A DNA stretch of 18,840 bases from an uncultured Erysipelotrichaceae bacterium (GTDB taxonomy: Bacteria > Bacillota_I > Bacilli_A > Erysipelotrichales > Erysipelotrichaceae), in NCBI GenBank assembly GCA_964457525.1, contig CAYWGS010000023.1, positions 1 through 18,840 of the forward strand, written 5' to 3'. Both the position numbers and the translations under genes were made by a program. This document shows positions 7,643 through 14,791 of the stretch, piece by piece; the first letter of the stretch is position 1, and each line of letters opens with the position of its first letter. Below the pieces are notes generated by a model. The model worked only from the letters and a program-made list of their open reading frames with translations. It was not told the origin of the DNA and did no database searches.

Positions 7643-8208
7643 ATTGTTTTATCCCAGCCAAATTCTTAACCACTGCGGTTGAAAAGAAACAATTTCCTGA
7701 GACGACACTGCCTGAATTTGTGATGGCTGGACGGAGTAACGTTGGGAAGAGTTCGCTTATTAATGCGCTTACGAATCAAAAATCGTTAGCGTATGTAGGG
7801 AAACGCCCAGGTAAAACACGTTATATAAATTTCTATTTGGTTGAAGATCGCGTCATGTTAGTGGATGTTCCAGGTTATGGATATGCACAACGTTCTCGTT
7901 TTGAACTTCAACAATACGGAAGAATGATGGAAGATTATTTTGGACTTCGTAAGATTAACGCTGTCTTATTAGTTATTGATTGTCGTCATGGTTTAACCGA
8001 AGATGATGAAGATATGCGTGAGTTTGTCGAAAGCAAGAATATTCCTATACTGATTGTTGCGACGAAGGCAGATAAATTATCGTATTCCAAACAACTTCAA
8101 GTAAGGGCTTCACTCAAACAGAAGTATAAACATCCAGTTGTTCTATTCTCTTCACTTAATAAATTGGGTTTAGAAGAAGTAGATCAATGGTGCATCGATC
8201 ATATGTAA
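7639..8208 (+). CDS. engB: Ribosome-biogenesis GTPase EngB/YsxC
   Basis: 189 aa with G1 GRSNVGKSS, G3 DVPGYG and G4 TKADK. There is a 4-nt ATGA overlap with lon. Position after lon matches Bacillus lonA-ysxC. Confidence 0.9.
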   Translation: MNCFIPAKFLTTAVEKKQFPETTLPEFVMAGRSNVGKSSLINALTNQKSLAYVGKRPGKTRYINFYLVEDRVMLVDVPGYGYAQRSRFELQQYGRMMEDYFGLRKINAVLLVIDCRHGLTEDDEDMREFVESKNIPILIVATKADKLSYSKQLQVRASLKQKYKHPVVLFSSLNKLGLEEVDQWCIDHM

Positions 8209-8210
8209 TT

Positions 8211-8234
8211 AAAGGCAAGCAATTGCCTTTTTTT
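8211..8234 (+). terminator. Intrinsic terminator of the tig-lon-engB operon
   Basis: Stem AAGGCAA / TTGCCTT (8212-8218 / 8223-8229), loop GCAA, followed by a T-run (8230-8234). Confidence 0.75.
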
Positions 8235-8245
8235 GATAACATTCC

Positions 8246-8274
8246 TTGCTTGTTTATGTGAACAAGTATATAGT
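8246..8274 (+). promoter_or_regulatory. Candidate promoter with an inverted repeat in the spacer
   Basis: TTGCTT (8246-8251), 17 bp, TATAGT (8269-8274). The spacer holds CTTGTT-N6-AACAAG (8249-8266). Confidence 0.35.
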
Positions 8275-8321
8275 GATGTATGTCATATTTGAGTGATGAT
8301 AAGCAAAATAGGAGGTTTCGT

Positions 8322-8666
8322 ATGAAGAAGTTTATTATTGGTTTAGTATTCGTATTTGTGTTGGTAGGTTGTACATCTGGGCCTAAGGTCTATAATGATG
8401 GAACATATAGTGGAACAGGTGTAGGTAAGAAAGGAGATGTTGTTGTATCGGTCACATTCAAAGGTGATAAAATTACAGCGATTGAAGTAACATCTCAAGA
8501 AGAAACACCTGAAATTGCTACAATTGTGTTTGAAGAATTACCTACAAAGATTATCGAAGCACAATCAACAGAAGGACTCGATACCTATGCAGGCGCAACG
8601 TATACCTATGATGCGGTTATCGACGCAGTCAATCAAGCGATCGAGAGTGCAAAAATAACAAAATAA
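8322..8666 (+). CDS. Small FMN-binding-domain lipoprotein (extracytoplasmic flavoprotein)
   Basis: The true start is taken as ATG 8322 (AGGAGG 8 nt upstream) rather than the track start 8280. The signal peptide has a lipobox (FVLVGC). The rest is a single FMN_bind-type domain ending in DTYAGATYTYDAV, which contains the GAT of the flavinylation motif. Confidence 0.75.
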   Translation: MKKFIIGLVFVFVLVGCTSGPKVYNDGTYSGTGVGKKGDVVVSVTFKGDKITAIEVTSQEETPEIATIVFEELPTKIIEAQSTEGLDTYAGATYTYDAVIDAVNQAIESAKITK

Positions 8667-8667
8667 A

Positions 8668-8687
8668 AAACTCGTTGTTACGAGTTT
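8668..8687. terminator. Short shared hairpin between convergent genes
   Basis: Stem AAACTCG / CGAGTTT with a 6-nt loop. A U-run is present for the minus-strand transcript (TTTTTTATTTT on the reverse complement). It is weak for the plus strand. Confidence 0.4.
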
Positions 8688-9541
8688 AGAATTAATTGAT
8701 ATTGATTTCCAGAAGGATCATTTACAATGAGTGAATGATCTTTTTTTGTATAAGGATACTTAGATTCATTCAATCTTGTTTCAACTTTGTTTAAGAAATC
8801 GATACTAGGAACACTTAGATTAGCTACATTCAATCCTGGTGTCGTTGAGTCTGCTTGTTTAACCCCTTTACCATTCCATACATTGATCGCAATATGATGA
8901 TGATACTTTCCGTATGACATAAATACTGCAGAGTTAGGAATCTCAATTACAGTATCTAAGCCTAAAATCGATTGATAAAACTTCTTTGTTTCAATCAGTT
9001 CACTGACATGCAAGTGTAAGTGACCAACAATCGTTTCATCTGAGAATCCATTAAATTGTGTATCTCTTGCTTCATTCAATACGGCTTGTACATCCATTGG
9101 ACCATTCTCAGATAAGATATCAAGTTTACCATTGACCCATCGCCAAGTTGTATCAGGAGTATCTGCCGCAATCTCGATTCCGTTACCATCTGGATCCGCT
9201 AGATAGATTGCTTCTGATATACCATGATTACTTGCACCTTGTAGTGGAGTACGACTTTCGATAAAGTGTTTTAGAATTGCACCAAGTTCTTTACGACTTG
9301 GGACAAGATATGCAACATGATAGAGCCCTGCAAATCGAGTATGGGTAGGATGCCCATTTTCAATTTGATGAAGTACGAGTAATGTTTGATTGGATGTTCC
9401 TAATTTTGCACTGTTATCGGTTTTATGAATGAGTTTCATTCCAATTGTTTTAGTATAGAATTCAATCGATCGATTTAAATTGAGTACACGTAATTCAACA
9501 GAACTTACATGTGGTATTTCTTGTGTGTGATAATTTTTCAT
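8678..9541 (-). CDS. Two-domain VOC-superfamily metalloenzyme, CatE/YfiE-like extradiol ring-cleavage dioxygenase candidate
   Basis: 287 aa with two glyoxalase/dioxygenase modules. Metal-ligand-like motifs are present (GLYHVAY; HGISEAIYLADPDGNGIEI; GHLHLHV; YHHHIAINVW). The substrate cannot be inferred. Confidence 0.65.
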   Translation of the reverse strand: MKNYHTQEIPHVSSVELRVLNLNRSIEFYTKTIGMKLIHKTDNSAKLGTSNQTLLVLHQIENGHPTHTRFAGLYHVAYLVPSRKELGAILKHFIESRTPLQGASNHGISEAIYLADPDGNGIEIAADTPDTTWRWVNGKLDILSENGPMDVQAVLNEARDTQFNGFSDETIVGHLHLHVSELIETKKFYQSILGLDTVIEIPNSAVFMSYGKYHHHIAINVWNGKGVKQADSTTPGLNVANLSVPSIDFLNKVETRLNESKYPYTKKDHSLIVNDPSGNQYQLILNS

Positions 9542-9600
9542 ATATTACTTCCTTTTAGTAAGTAAATTATCGTATATTTAAAACACTTTGTCTAATCATA

Positions 9601-9630
9601 TGCTTTATTAGAGATTTTATAAGGTATAAT
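9601..9630 (+). promoter_or_regulatory. Candidate ptb-buk promoter
   Basis: Perfect -10 TATAAT at 9625-9630, 20 nt before the ptb ATG. The -35 is only weak (TGCTTT/GCTTTA at 9601-9607). Confidence 0.35.
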
Positions 9631-9650
9631 TTCAGTAATAAGGAGATTTT

Positions 9651-10550
9651 ATGAAACTCTATCCCTATCTAATTAATCGATTAACGCATACAGAACGTGT
9701 TCGTTGTGCTGTTGCTTGTGCTGAAGATGAAACAGTGTTAGTTTCTGTTATACAAGCGTATGATTTAGGTTTTATTCAACCTGTATTATTTGGGAATCAA
9801 GCTGAGATTGAAGTATTATTGAACGATAGAAAAGATGAATTTGAAATTGTATCGAGTTCTTCAAAAGAGGAAGCATGCCAACTTGCGGTACAATCTGTAT
9901 CGAGTGGGAAAAACCGTTTGTTAATGAAGGGCTTTGTCGATACAAGTGTTCTATTAAAAGCAGTGTTAAATAAAGAATGGGGACTACGTGATAAACCAGT
10001 ACTATCACATGTGTGTATCGCGACGTTGCCTCATAAAGATAAACTTTATTTTATTTCTGATTCTGCGATGAATATCTTACCAGACTTAATGACTAAGAAA
10101 GCGATCATAGAGAATGCAGTAAAAGTCGCAATCGCATGTGGTGTAGAATATCCAAAAGTTGGAGTTCTTTCTGCCATCGAAAAAGTAAATGATAAGATGC
10201 CATCAAGTGTGGATGCGGATTTATTGAGTCAAATGGCTAAACGTGGAGAAATAACAAATTGTTCCGTGGATGGTCCTTTTGCATTCGATAATGCGATTGA
10301 TATACATGCAGCACATCATAAAGGGGTTAAACATCCGAATGCAGGTGAGTGTGATGTCTTAATCGTTCCTAATATTGAAGCAGGGAATATCTTATATAAA
10401 TCGATTTCTTATTTTTCACAAGGGGATGTGGCTGGACTAATTATTGGGGCTAAGGTTCCAATTATACTAACCTCAAGGGCTGATTCTGAAGCGGATAAAT
10501 TGAATTCTATTGTTTGTGCAATTTTAAACTTAGGAGAAAAACATGGCTAG
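9651..10550 (+). CDS. ptb: Phosphate butyryltransferase / branched-chain phosphotransacylase
   Basis: 299 aa of the PTA_PTB family, with the size of Ptb rather than Pta. SD AAGGAG is present. There is an 8-nt overlap with the following butyrate kinase gene, a classic ptb-buk pair. Confidence 0.85.
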   Translation: MKLYPYLINRLTHTERVRCAVACAEDETVLVSVIQAYDLGFIQPVLFGNQAEIEVLLNDRKDEFEIVSSSSKEEACQLAVQSVSSGKNRLLMKGFVDTSVLLKAVLNKEWGLRDKPVLSHVCIATLPHKDKLYFISDSAMNILPDLMTKKAIIENAVKVAIACGVEYPKVGVLSAIEKVNDKMPSSVDADLLSQMAKRGEITNCSVDGPFAFDNAIDIHAAHHKGVKHPNAGECDVLIVPNIEAGNILYKSISYFSQGDVAGLIIGAKVPIILTSRADSEADKLNSIVCAILNLGEKHG

Positions 10551-11601
10551 GGTATTAATTCTAAATCTAGGTTCTACTTCATCCAAAGGCGCATTGTATG
10601 ATGATCTAAATGAGATAAAATCGTTTACAATACGTCATTCTACAGAAGATCTTGCGCCATTCAAACGAATTATCGATCAAGTTGATTATCGTAAGAAATG
10701 CGTTGAAAATTGGATGATGTGTGAAGGATATAAAATGGAAGAGGTGGATTGTTTCTGCTTAAGAGGGGGTTTGGTAAAACCGATTCCAAGTGGTATCTAC
10801 AAGATAAATAAACAAATTGTACAAGATGTACAAGAAGAGAAATATGGTTCACATTCAAGTAATGTTGGACTTGTGATTGGTTATTTATGGTCTCAAGAAT
10901 ATCACAAGGAAGCCATCTTCTTAAATGCACCCGTTACTGATGAACTTTCTGATTTAGCCCGTTTTACTGGTTTAAAAGGGGTAGAGAGAAGAAGTGTCTT
11001 TCATGCGCTTAACCAAAAACAAATTGCATTAGAATATGCGGAATCGATTCATCGTTCTTACTCTGATTTAAACTTAATTGTGTGTCATTTAGGTGGAGGA
11101 ATCAGTATTGGAGCACATCTAAAAGGTAGAATTATCGATGTAAATAATGCACTTGATGGAGAAGGACCATTTTCGCCAGAACGTTCTGGACAGTTAAGTA
11201 ATTTTATGGTGCTTGATTTAGTTGAATCTATGAATGATATTAAAGCAATACGAAGAATGTTAGCAGGTAAGAGTGGGTTGGTCTCACATTTAAATACCAA
11301 TAGTATGATTGATGCGGTAAAACTTGCGGAAACAGATGAGTATGCTTATAACGTAATTGAAGCGATGATTTATCAAATAGCGAAACAAGTTGGGTCAATG
11401 GCAGCTGTTTTAAAGGGTAAAGTTGATCAAATCTTAATTACGGGTGGTTTAGCGTATAACAAAGTATTTGTTCAAAAAATCATTGAATATATTGACTGGA
11501 TATCTGGTGTATCAGTCTATCCAGGAGAAGATGAATTACATGCTTTAGCAAGTGGAGCATATCGATATTTAACGAAACAAGAAAGTTTAAAAGAATACTA
11601 A
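10543..11601 (+). CDS. buk: Butyrate / branched-chain fatty-acid kinase
   Basis: 352 aa of the acetate/butyrate kinase family. The N-terminus reads ILNLGSTSSK, with HLGGGISIG and ITGGLAYN motifs. The length is typical of Buk (~355 aa) rather than AckA (~400 aa). Confidence 0.88.
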   Translation: MARVLILNLGSTSSKGALYDDLNEIKSFTIRHSTEDLAPFKRIIDQVDYRKKCVENWMMCEGYKMEEVDCFCLRGGLVKPIPSGIYKINKQIVQDVQEEKYGSHSSNVGLVIGYLWSQEYHKEAIFLNAPVTDELSDLARFTGLKGVERRSVFHALNQKQIALEYAESIHRSYSDLNLIVCHLGGGISIGAHLKGRIIDVNNALDGEGPFSPERSGQLSNFMVLDLVESMNDIKAIRRMLAGKSGLVSHLNTNSMIDAVKLAETDEYAYNVIEAMIYQIAKQVGSMAAVLKGKVDQILITGGLAYNKVFVQKIIEYIDWISGVSVYPGEDELHALASGAYRYLTKQESLKEY

Positions 11602-11610
11602 AATTTCACA

Positions 11611-11624
11611 TGAAAACGCTTTCA
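11611..11624. promoter_or_regulatory. cre-like site (candidate CcpA operator)
   Basis: TGAAAACGCTTTCA fits TGWNANCGNTNWCA at every specified position and is a perfect palindrome in its arms. It overlaps the -35 of the predicted ldh-operon promoter. Confidence 0.5.
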
Positions 11625-11648
11625 TTTTCTCGTGTGATTTGTTATAAT
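11620..11648 (+). promoter_or_regulatory. Candidate promoter of the ldh / oxidoreductase operon
   Basis: TTTCAT (11620-11625), 17 bp, extended -10 TGTTATAAT (TATAAT at 11643-11648). The predicted TSS is near 11655. Confidence 0.5.
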
Positions 11649-11692
11649 TGAGTTACCAAATGAAAGGTCGTTCATCGTGCACTTAGGGTACA

Positions 11693-11737
11693 ACGTCTGT
11701 CTTCTATCATTAACAGAATTAACTGATTGACAGTCGT
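11693..11737 (+). ncRNA. Candidate antiterminator helix of a cis-regulatory leader
   Basis: ACGTCTGTC (11693-11701) pairs with GACAGTCGT (11729-11737) at 8/9 positions. This encloses an inner hairpin ATCATTAA-CAGAA-TTAA(C)TGAT (11706-11727). The 3' arm shares 11733-11737 with the terminator 5' arm, so the two structures are mutually exclusive. Confidence 0.4.
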
Positions 11738-11772
11738 TTTATGGTAAGTAAACTATAAACGGCTTTTCTTTT
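11733..11772 (+). terminator. Intrinsic terminator 15 nt upstream of the ldh SD (attenuator)
   Basis: GTCGTTT(T)ATGGT / ACTATAAACGGC forms a 12-bp stem with one bulged U, two G-U pairs and a 6-nt loop AAGTAA. TTTTCTTTT (11764-11772) follows. It lies downstream of the predicted promoter and immediately before AGGAGAG-ATG. Confidence 0.6.
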
Positions 11773-11787
11773 CGTAAGGAGAGAAAA

Positions 11788-12867
11788 ATGAATAAATTTG
11801 ATTACATGCAAAAATACGGTTATGAACAATTAGTGTATTTACATGATCGTCATTCAGGTCTTAAGGGGATAATTTGTATTCATAATACAACTTTAGGACC
11901 AGCGCTTGGTGGAACCCGTGTATGGGAGTATGAAAACGAAGATGATGCAGTTTATGATGTTTTACGTTTAGCCCGTGGTATGACTAAGAAAGCAGCATGT
12001 GCTGGCTTGAACTTAGGTGGGGGTAAAGCAGTTATTATTGGTAATTCTAAACAATTAAGAAAAGATACCGTTCGTCGTGAAGCTTTCTGGAGAGCATTTG
12101 GTCGTTATATTGAAGGTTTAGGTGGTCGTTATATTACAGCTGAAGATGTTGGAACTTGCCCTGAAGATATGACTTTAGTTCGTATGGAAACCAATCACGT
12201 ATTAGGTTTACCAACGACTTCTGGGGATCCTTCACCATTTACAGCTTATGGTGTTTATAAAGGCATTAAAGCATGTTTAAAAGAAGAGTTTGGAAGTGCA
12301 AAACTTGAAGGTATCCGAGTAGCAGTTTCTGGTGTTGGGCATGTTGGTAGTGCTCTATGTGAAATGCTAGTTAAAGAAGGAGCAATCCTTACCATCTGTG
12401 ATATTGATGAAGAAAGTACTAAACGTGTTTCTGAATTAACCGGTGCTAAGATTGTTAAGCCTGAAGAAATCTATGATGTGGAATGTGATGTATTTGCACC
12501 ATGTGCATTAGGTGCAGTCATCAATGATAATACATTAGCTCGTCTAAAATGTAGAATAATCGCAGGTTGTGCTAACAATGTATTAGAAGATTCTCAAAAA
12601 CATGGTACTCAATTGCATGAAATGGGTTTAATTTATGCACCTGATTATGTTATTAATGCGGGTGGTTTAATCAACGTTTATCAAGAACGTATTGGTTACA
12701 ATAAAGAAGCTTCGATGGCCGCAATTGATTTAATTTTTGATCGCGTTAGAGAAATCATTCGAGAATCAAAAGATACGAATACTCCAACATATCTCGTAGC
12801 AGATCGTATGGCTGAACGTCGTATTGAAATGATGCGTAATATTAATAGTATTCATCTTGAAAAATGA
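11788..12867 (+). CDS. bcd: Leucine (branched-chain amino acid) dehydrogenase, NAD-dependent
   Basis: 359 aa of the Glu/Leu/Phe/Val dehydrogenase family, with the short LeuDH-type length. The catalytic-Lys motif GLNLGGGKAVIIG and the Rossmann motif VSGVGHVGSAL are present. Specificity among Leu, Ile and Val is not resolvable. Confidence 0.88.
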   Translation: MNKFDYMQKYGYEQLVYLHDRHSGLKGIICIHNTTLGPALGGTRVWEYENEDDAVYDVLRLARGMTKKAACAGLNLGGGKAVIIGNSKQLRKDTVRREAFWRAFGRYIEGLGGRYITAEDVGTCPEDMTLVRMETNHVLGLPTTSGDPSPFTAYGVYKGIKACLKEEFGSAKLEGIRVAVSGVGHVGSALCEMLVKEGAILTICDIDEESTKRVSELTGAKIVKPEEIYDVECDVFAPCALGAVINDNTLARLKCRIIAGCANNVLEDSQKHGTQLHEMGLIYAPDYVINAGGLINVYQERIGYNKEASMAAIDLIFDRVREIIRESKDTNTPTYLVADRMAERRIEMMRNINSIHLEK

Positions 12868-13523
12868 GTGAAGTTATCGTTTTAACAGGGGCTTATGGGG
12901 TCGGAAAGAGCGAGTTTGCATGTCAACTCGCTCTACTTAAAGCACCGTGTGTATTAGCTGATTTTGATGTGATTAATCCCTATTTTAGACCACGTGAACA
13001 AACATCTTGGTTTGAATCTCAAGGTGTAAAGATTATTGGCTCACAGATTAAGAATCACGTGAATCAGGATTTTCCTGCTTTGAGTGGTGATCTACCATCT
13101 TATATTAATCAAGATAAAACAGTCATTATTGATTGTGCGGGCAGTGAGAATGGATTAAAACCACTCGCAAGTTTTATGGATTCTTTAGTTAAAGCTAAAG
13201 TTTATATCGTAGTTAATCTGAATCGTTTAGAATCACGAATTGATGCTTTAAAGGATTTAATCGATTTATTTGAGAAACGAAGTCACTTAACAATAAGTGG
13301 TTTGGTACATAATACTCATTTATTAGATGAAACGAGTGCTGAAATGATTATTGAAGCACAATCAAAGTGTGAAGAATTAGCGTTTGAGTTAAAATTACCC
13401 ATTGTTTATACAATGGTAAGTAAAGACTTATATCTGTTGTGTAAAGATGTAATTCATAATGAATGTATTGTTTATGATCGTTTAGTATTAAGAGAAGTTT
13501 GGATGAAGGGAGATACCTTATGA
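12864..13523 (+). CDS. MinD/CooC-like (SIMIBI-class) P-loop NTPase of unknown role
   Basis: 219 aa with Walker A GAYGVGKS (12888-12911). A CooC/MinD-like LADFDVINP follows it. The Walker B/switch motif is VIIDCAGSE (D-x-A-G-x-E) from 13131. ATGA overlaps occur at both ends, with ldh and with the ferredoxin subunit. Confidence 0.6.
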   Translation: MSEVIVLTGAYGVGKSEFACQLALLKAPCVLADFDVINPYFRPREQTSWFESQGVKIIGSQIKNHVNQDFPALSGDLPSYINQDKTVIIDCAGSENGLKPLASFMDSLVKAKVYIVVNLNRLESRIDALKDLIDLFEKRSHLTISGLVHNTHLLDETSAEMIIEAQSKCEELAFELKLPIVYTMVSKDLYLLCKDVIHNECIVYDRLVLREVWMKGDTL

Positions 13524-13738
13524 AAGGTAAAGTAATTTTTAATACAGATACCTGTAAAGGGTGTAGTTTATGTGTTAAAGCTTGCCCAATGAAAATACTC
13601 GCAATTGATCAGACGAAAGTCAATGCGATTGGGTACAATCCAGCGTATTGTGTTGATTTAGAGAAATGTATTGCCTGTACAAACTGTGCCATTATGTGTC
13701 CAGATACAGTCATTACAGTAATGAGGGTGGACGTATGA
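13520..13738 (+). CDS. 2-oxoacid:ferredoxin oxidoreductase delta subunit (2x[4Fe-4S] ferredoxin)
   Basis: The start is taken at ATG 13520 (GGGAGA SD, ATGA overlap with the upstream stop) rather than the track start 13499. The 72-aa product has two CxxCxxCxxxCP motifs (CKGCSLCVKACP; CIACTNCAIMCP). Confidence 0.85.
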   Translation: MKGKVIFNTDTCKGCSLCVKACPMKILAIDQTKVNAIGYNPAYCVDLEKCIACTNCAIMCPDTVITVMRVDV

Positions 13739-14790
13739 GTAAAGTGTTAATGAAAGGGAATGAAGCGATTGCTCAAGCAGCGATTTCTGCGGGTTGTACA
13801 GCCTTTTTTGGTTATCCTATAACACCGCAAAATGAGATCTGTGAGTATATGGCGAAGTATTTACCTAAAAATAAAGGTGTATTTGTTCAGGCTGAAAGTG
13901 AACTTGCCGCAATCAATATGGTGTATGGTGCTTCTGCAGCTGGTGCACGGGTTATGACCTCATCGTCATCACCCGGCTTAGCGCTTAAACAAGAGGGTAT
14001 TTCATATTGTGCGGGTGCTGAATTACCAGCGGTAATTGTAAGTATTAGTCGTGGTGGTCCAGGTTTAGGTGGTATTCTACCGGCACAAGGGGATTACAAT
14101 CAAGCAACACGTGGTGGTGGAAATGGTGATTATCATGTCATTGTTCTTGCGCCAAATGGAGTACAAGAAGCGACGGATATGGTTCGTAAAGCGTTCTATC
14201 TTGCGGATAAGTATCGTAACCCAGTCATCGTGATGGCAGATGGTGTTATTGGTCAGATGATGGAGCCAGTTGAAATTCATACTGAACCCGTTGAGTCTTT
14301 TGAAAAACCATGGGCAAGTAATGGTGAATTAAGTCGTGGTAATCGAAATGTAGTCAACTCCTTATTTTTAAATCCTGCGAAGCTTGAACAACATAATAAT
14401 GATCTTAGAGCTAAATATGATTTAATCGAAAAGGATGTTGTGGATTATGAGTGTAGCTTATGTGAAGATGCGGATGTAGTGCTTGTTGCATATGGAACAC
14501 CTTCACGTATTGTTAAGTCCGCAATCAATGCACTTCGCGAAGAAGGTATTAAAGCTGGATTATTTAGACCAAAAACCTTATATCCTTTCCCATATAAGCA
14601 ATTAAAAGAAGTTGCTATGAATAAAAAGTTTGTACTCTGTGCAGAACTTTCAATGGGTCAGATGGTTCAAGATGTTCGACTAGCAATAGAAGGGGTTACT
14701 CCAGTCCATTTCTATGGTCGAGCAGGTGGTATTGTATTTGAACCAATTGAAATAGTAAATGCTGTTAAAAAGCATTTAGGAGGACTCTAA
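13735..14790 (+). CDS. 2-oxoacid:ferredoxin oxidoreductase alpha subunit (VorB/KorA/PorA type)
   Basis: The start is taken at ATG 13735 (MSKVLMKGNEAIAQAAI..., ATGA overlap with the delta stop). The track start 13666 lies inside the delta gene in another frame. GYPITPQNE and the overall layout are typical of OFOR alpha subunits. Confidence 0.88.
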   Translation: MSKVLMKGNEAIAQAAISAGCTAFFGYPITPQNEICEYMAKYLPKNKGVFVQAESELAAINMVYGASAAGARVMTSSSSPGLALKQEGISYCAGAELPAVIVSISRGGPGLGGILPAQGDYNQATRGGGNGDYHVIVLAPNGVQEATDMVRKAFYLADKYRNPVIVMADGVIGQMMEPVEIHTEPVESFEKPWASNGELSRGNRNVVNSLFLNPAKLEQHNNDLRAKYDLIEKDVVDYECSLCEDADVVLVAYGTPSRIVKSAINALREEGIKAGLFRPKTLYPFPYKQLKEVAMNKKFVLCAELSMGQMVQDVRLAIEGVTPVHFYGRAGGIVFEPIEIVNAVKKHLGGL

Positions 14791-14791
14791 T

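Noticed and set aside
8280-8321. N-terminal extensions of track ORFs: 8280 for the FMN lipoprotein, 13499 for the ferredoxin subunit and 13666 for the OFOR alpha subunit.
   Set aside because: Internal ATGs (8322, 13520, 13735) have proper SDs or ATGA stop-start coupling and yield canonical N-termini (signal peptide; MKGKV...; MSKVLMKGNEA...). The upstream extensions overlap neighbouring genes or contain the SD itself.
9626-9641. CodY-box-like sequence ATAATTTCAGTAATAA at the ptb promoter. CodY controls the bkd operon in Bacillus.
   Set aside because: Only about 9/15 positions match AATTTTCWGAAAATT when aligned on TTTCAG. That is indistinguishable from background in AT-rich intergenic DNA.
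11610-11628. ATGAAA-ACGC-TTTCAT followed by TTT read as the buk terminator.
   Set aside because: The stem is 6 bp and almost all A-T with a short interrupted U-run, so it would be very weak. The sequence is better explained as a cre operator overlapping the next promoter.
11660-11686. Mini-ORF MKGRSSCT in the ldh leader as a leader peptide for ribosome-mediated attenuation.
   Set aside because: There is no SD, there are no Leu/Ile/Val codons, and its stop is not positioned to influence either helix in an obvious way.
11683-11695. T-box-like string TTAGGGTACAACG (compare AAUUAGGGUGGUACCGCG) in the ldh leader, which would fit a Leu/Ile/Val tRNA-sensing riboswitch.
   Set aside because: The UGGN tRNA-acceptor bulge is missing. 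There is no Stem I, specifier loop, AG bulge or GA/K-turn motif. Only ~35 nt lie between the predicted TSS and this point. T-box logic (induction by uncharged tRNA) also fits a catabolic operon poorly.
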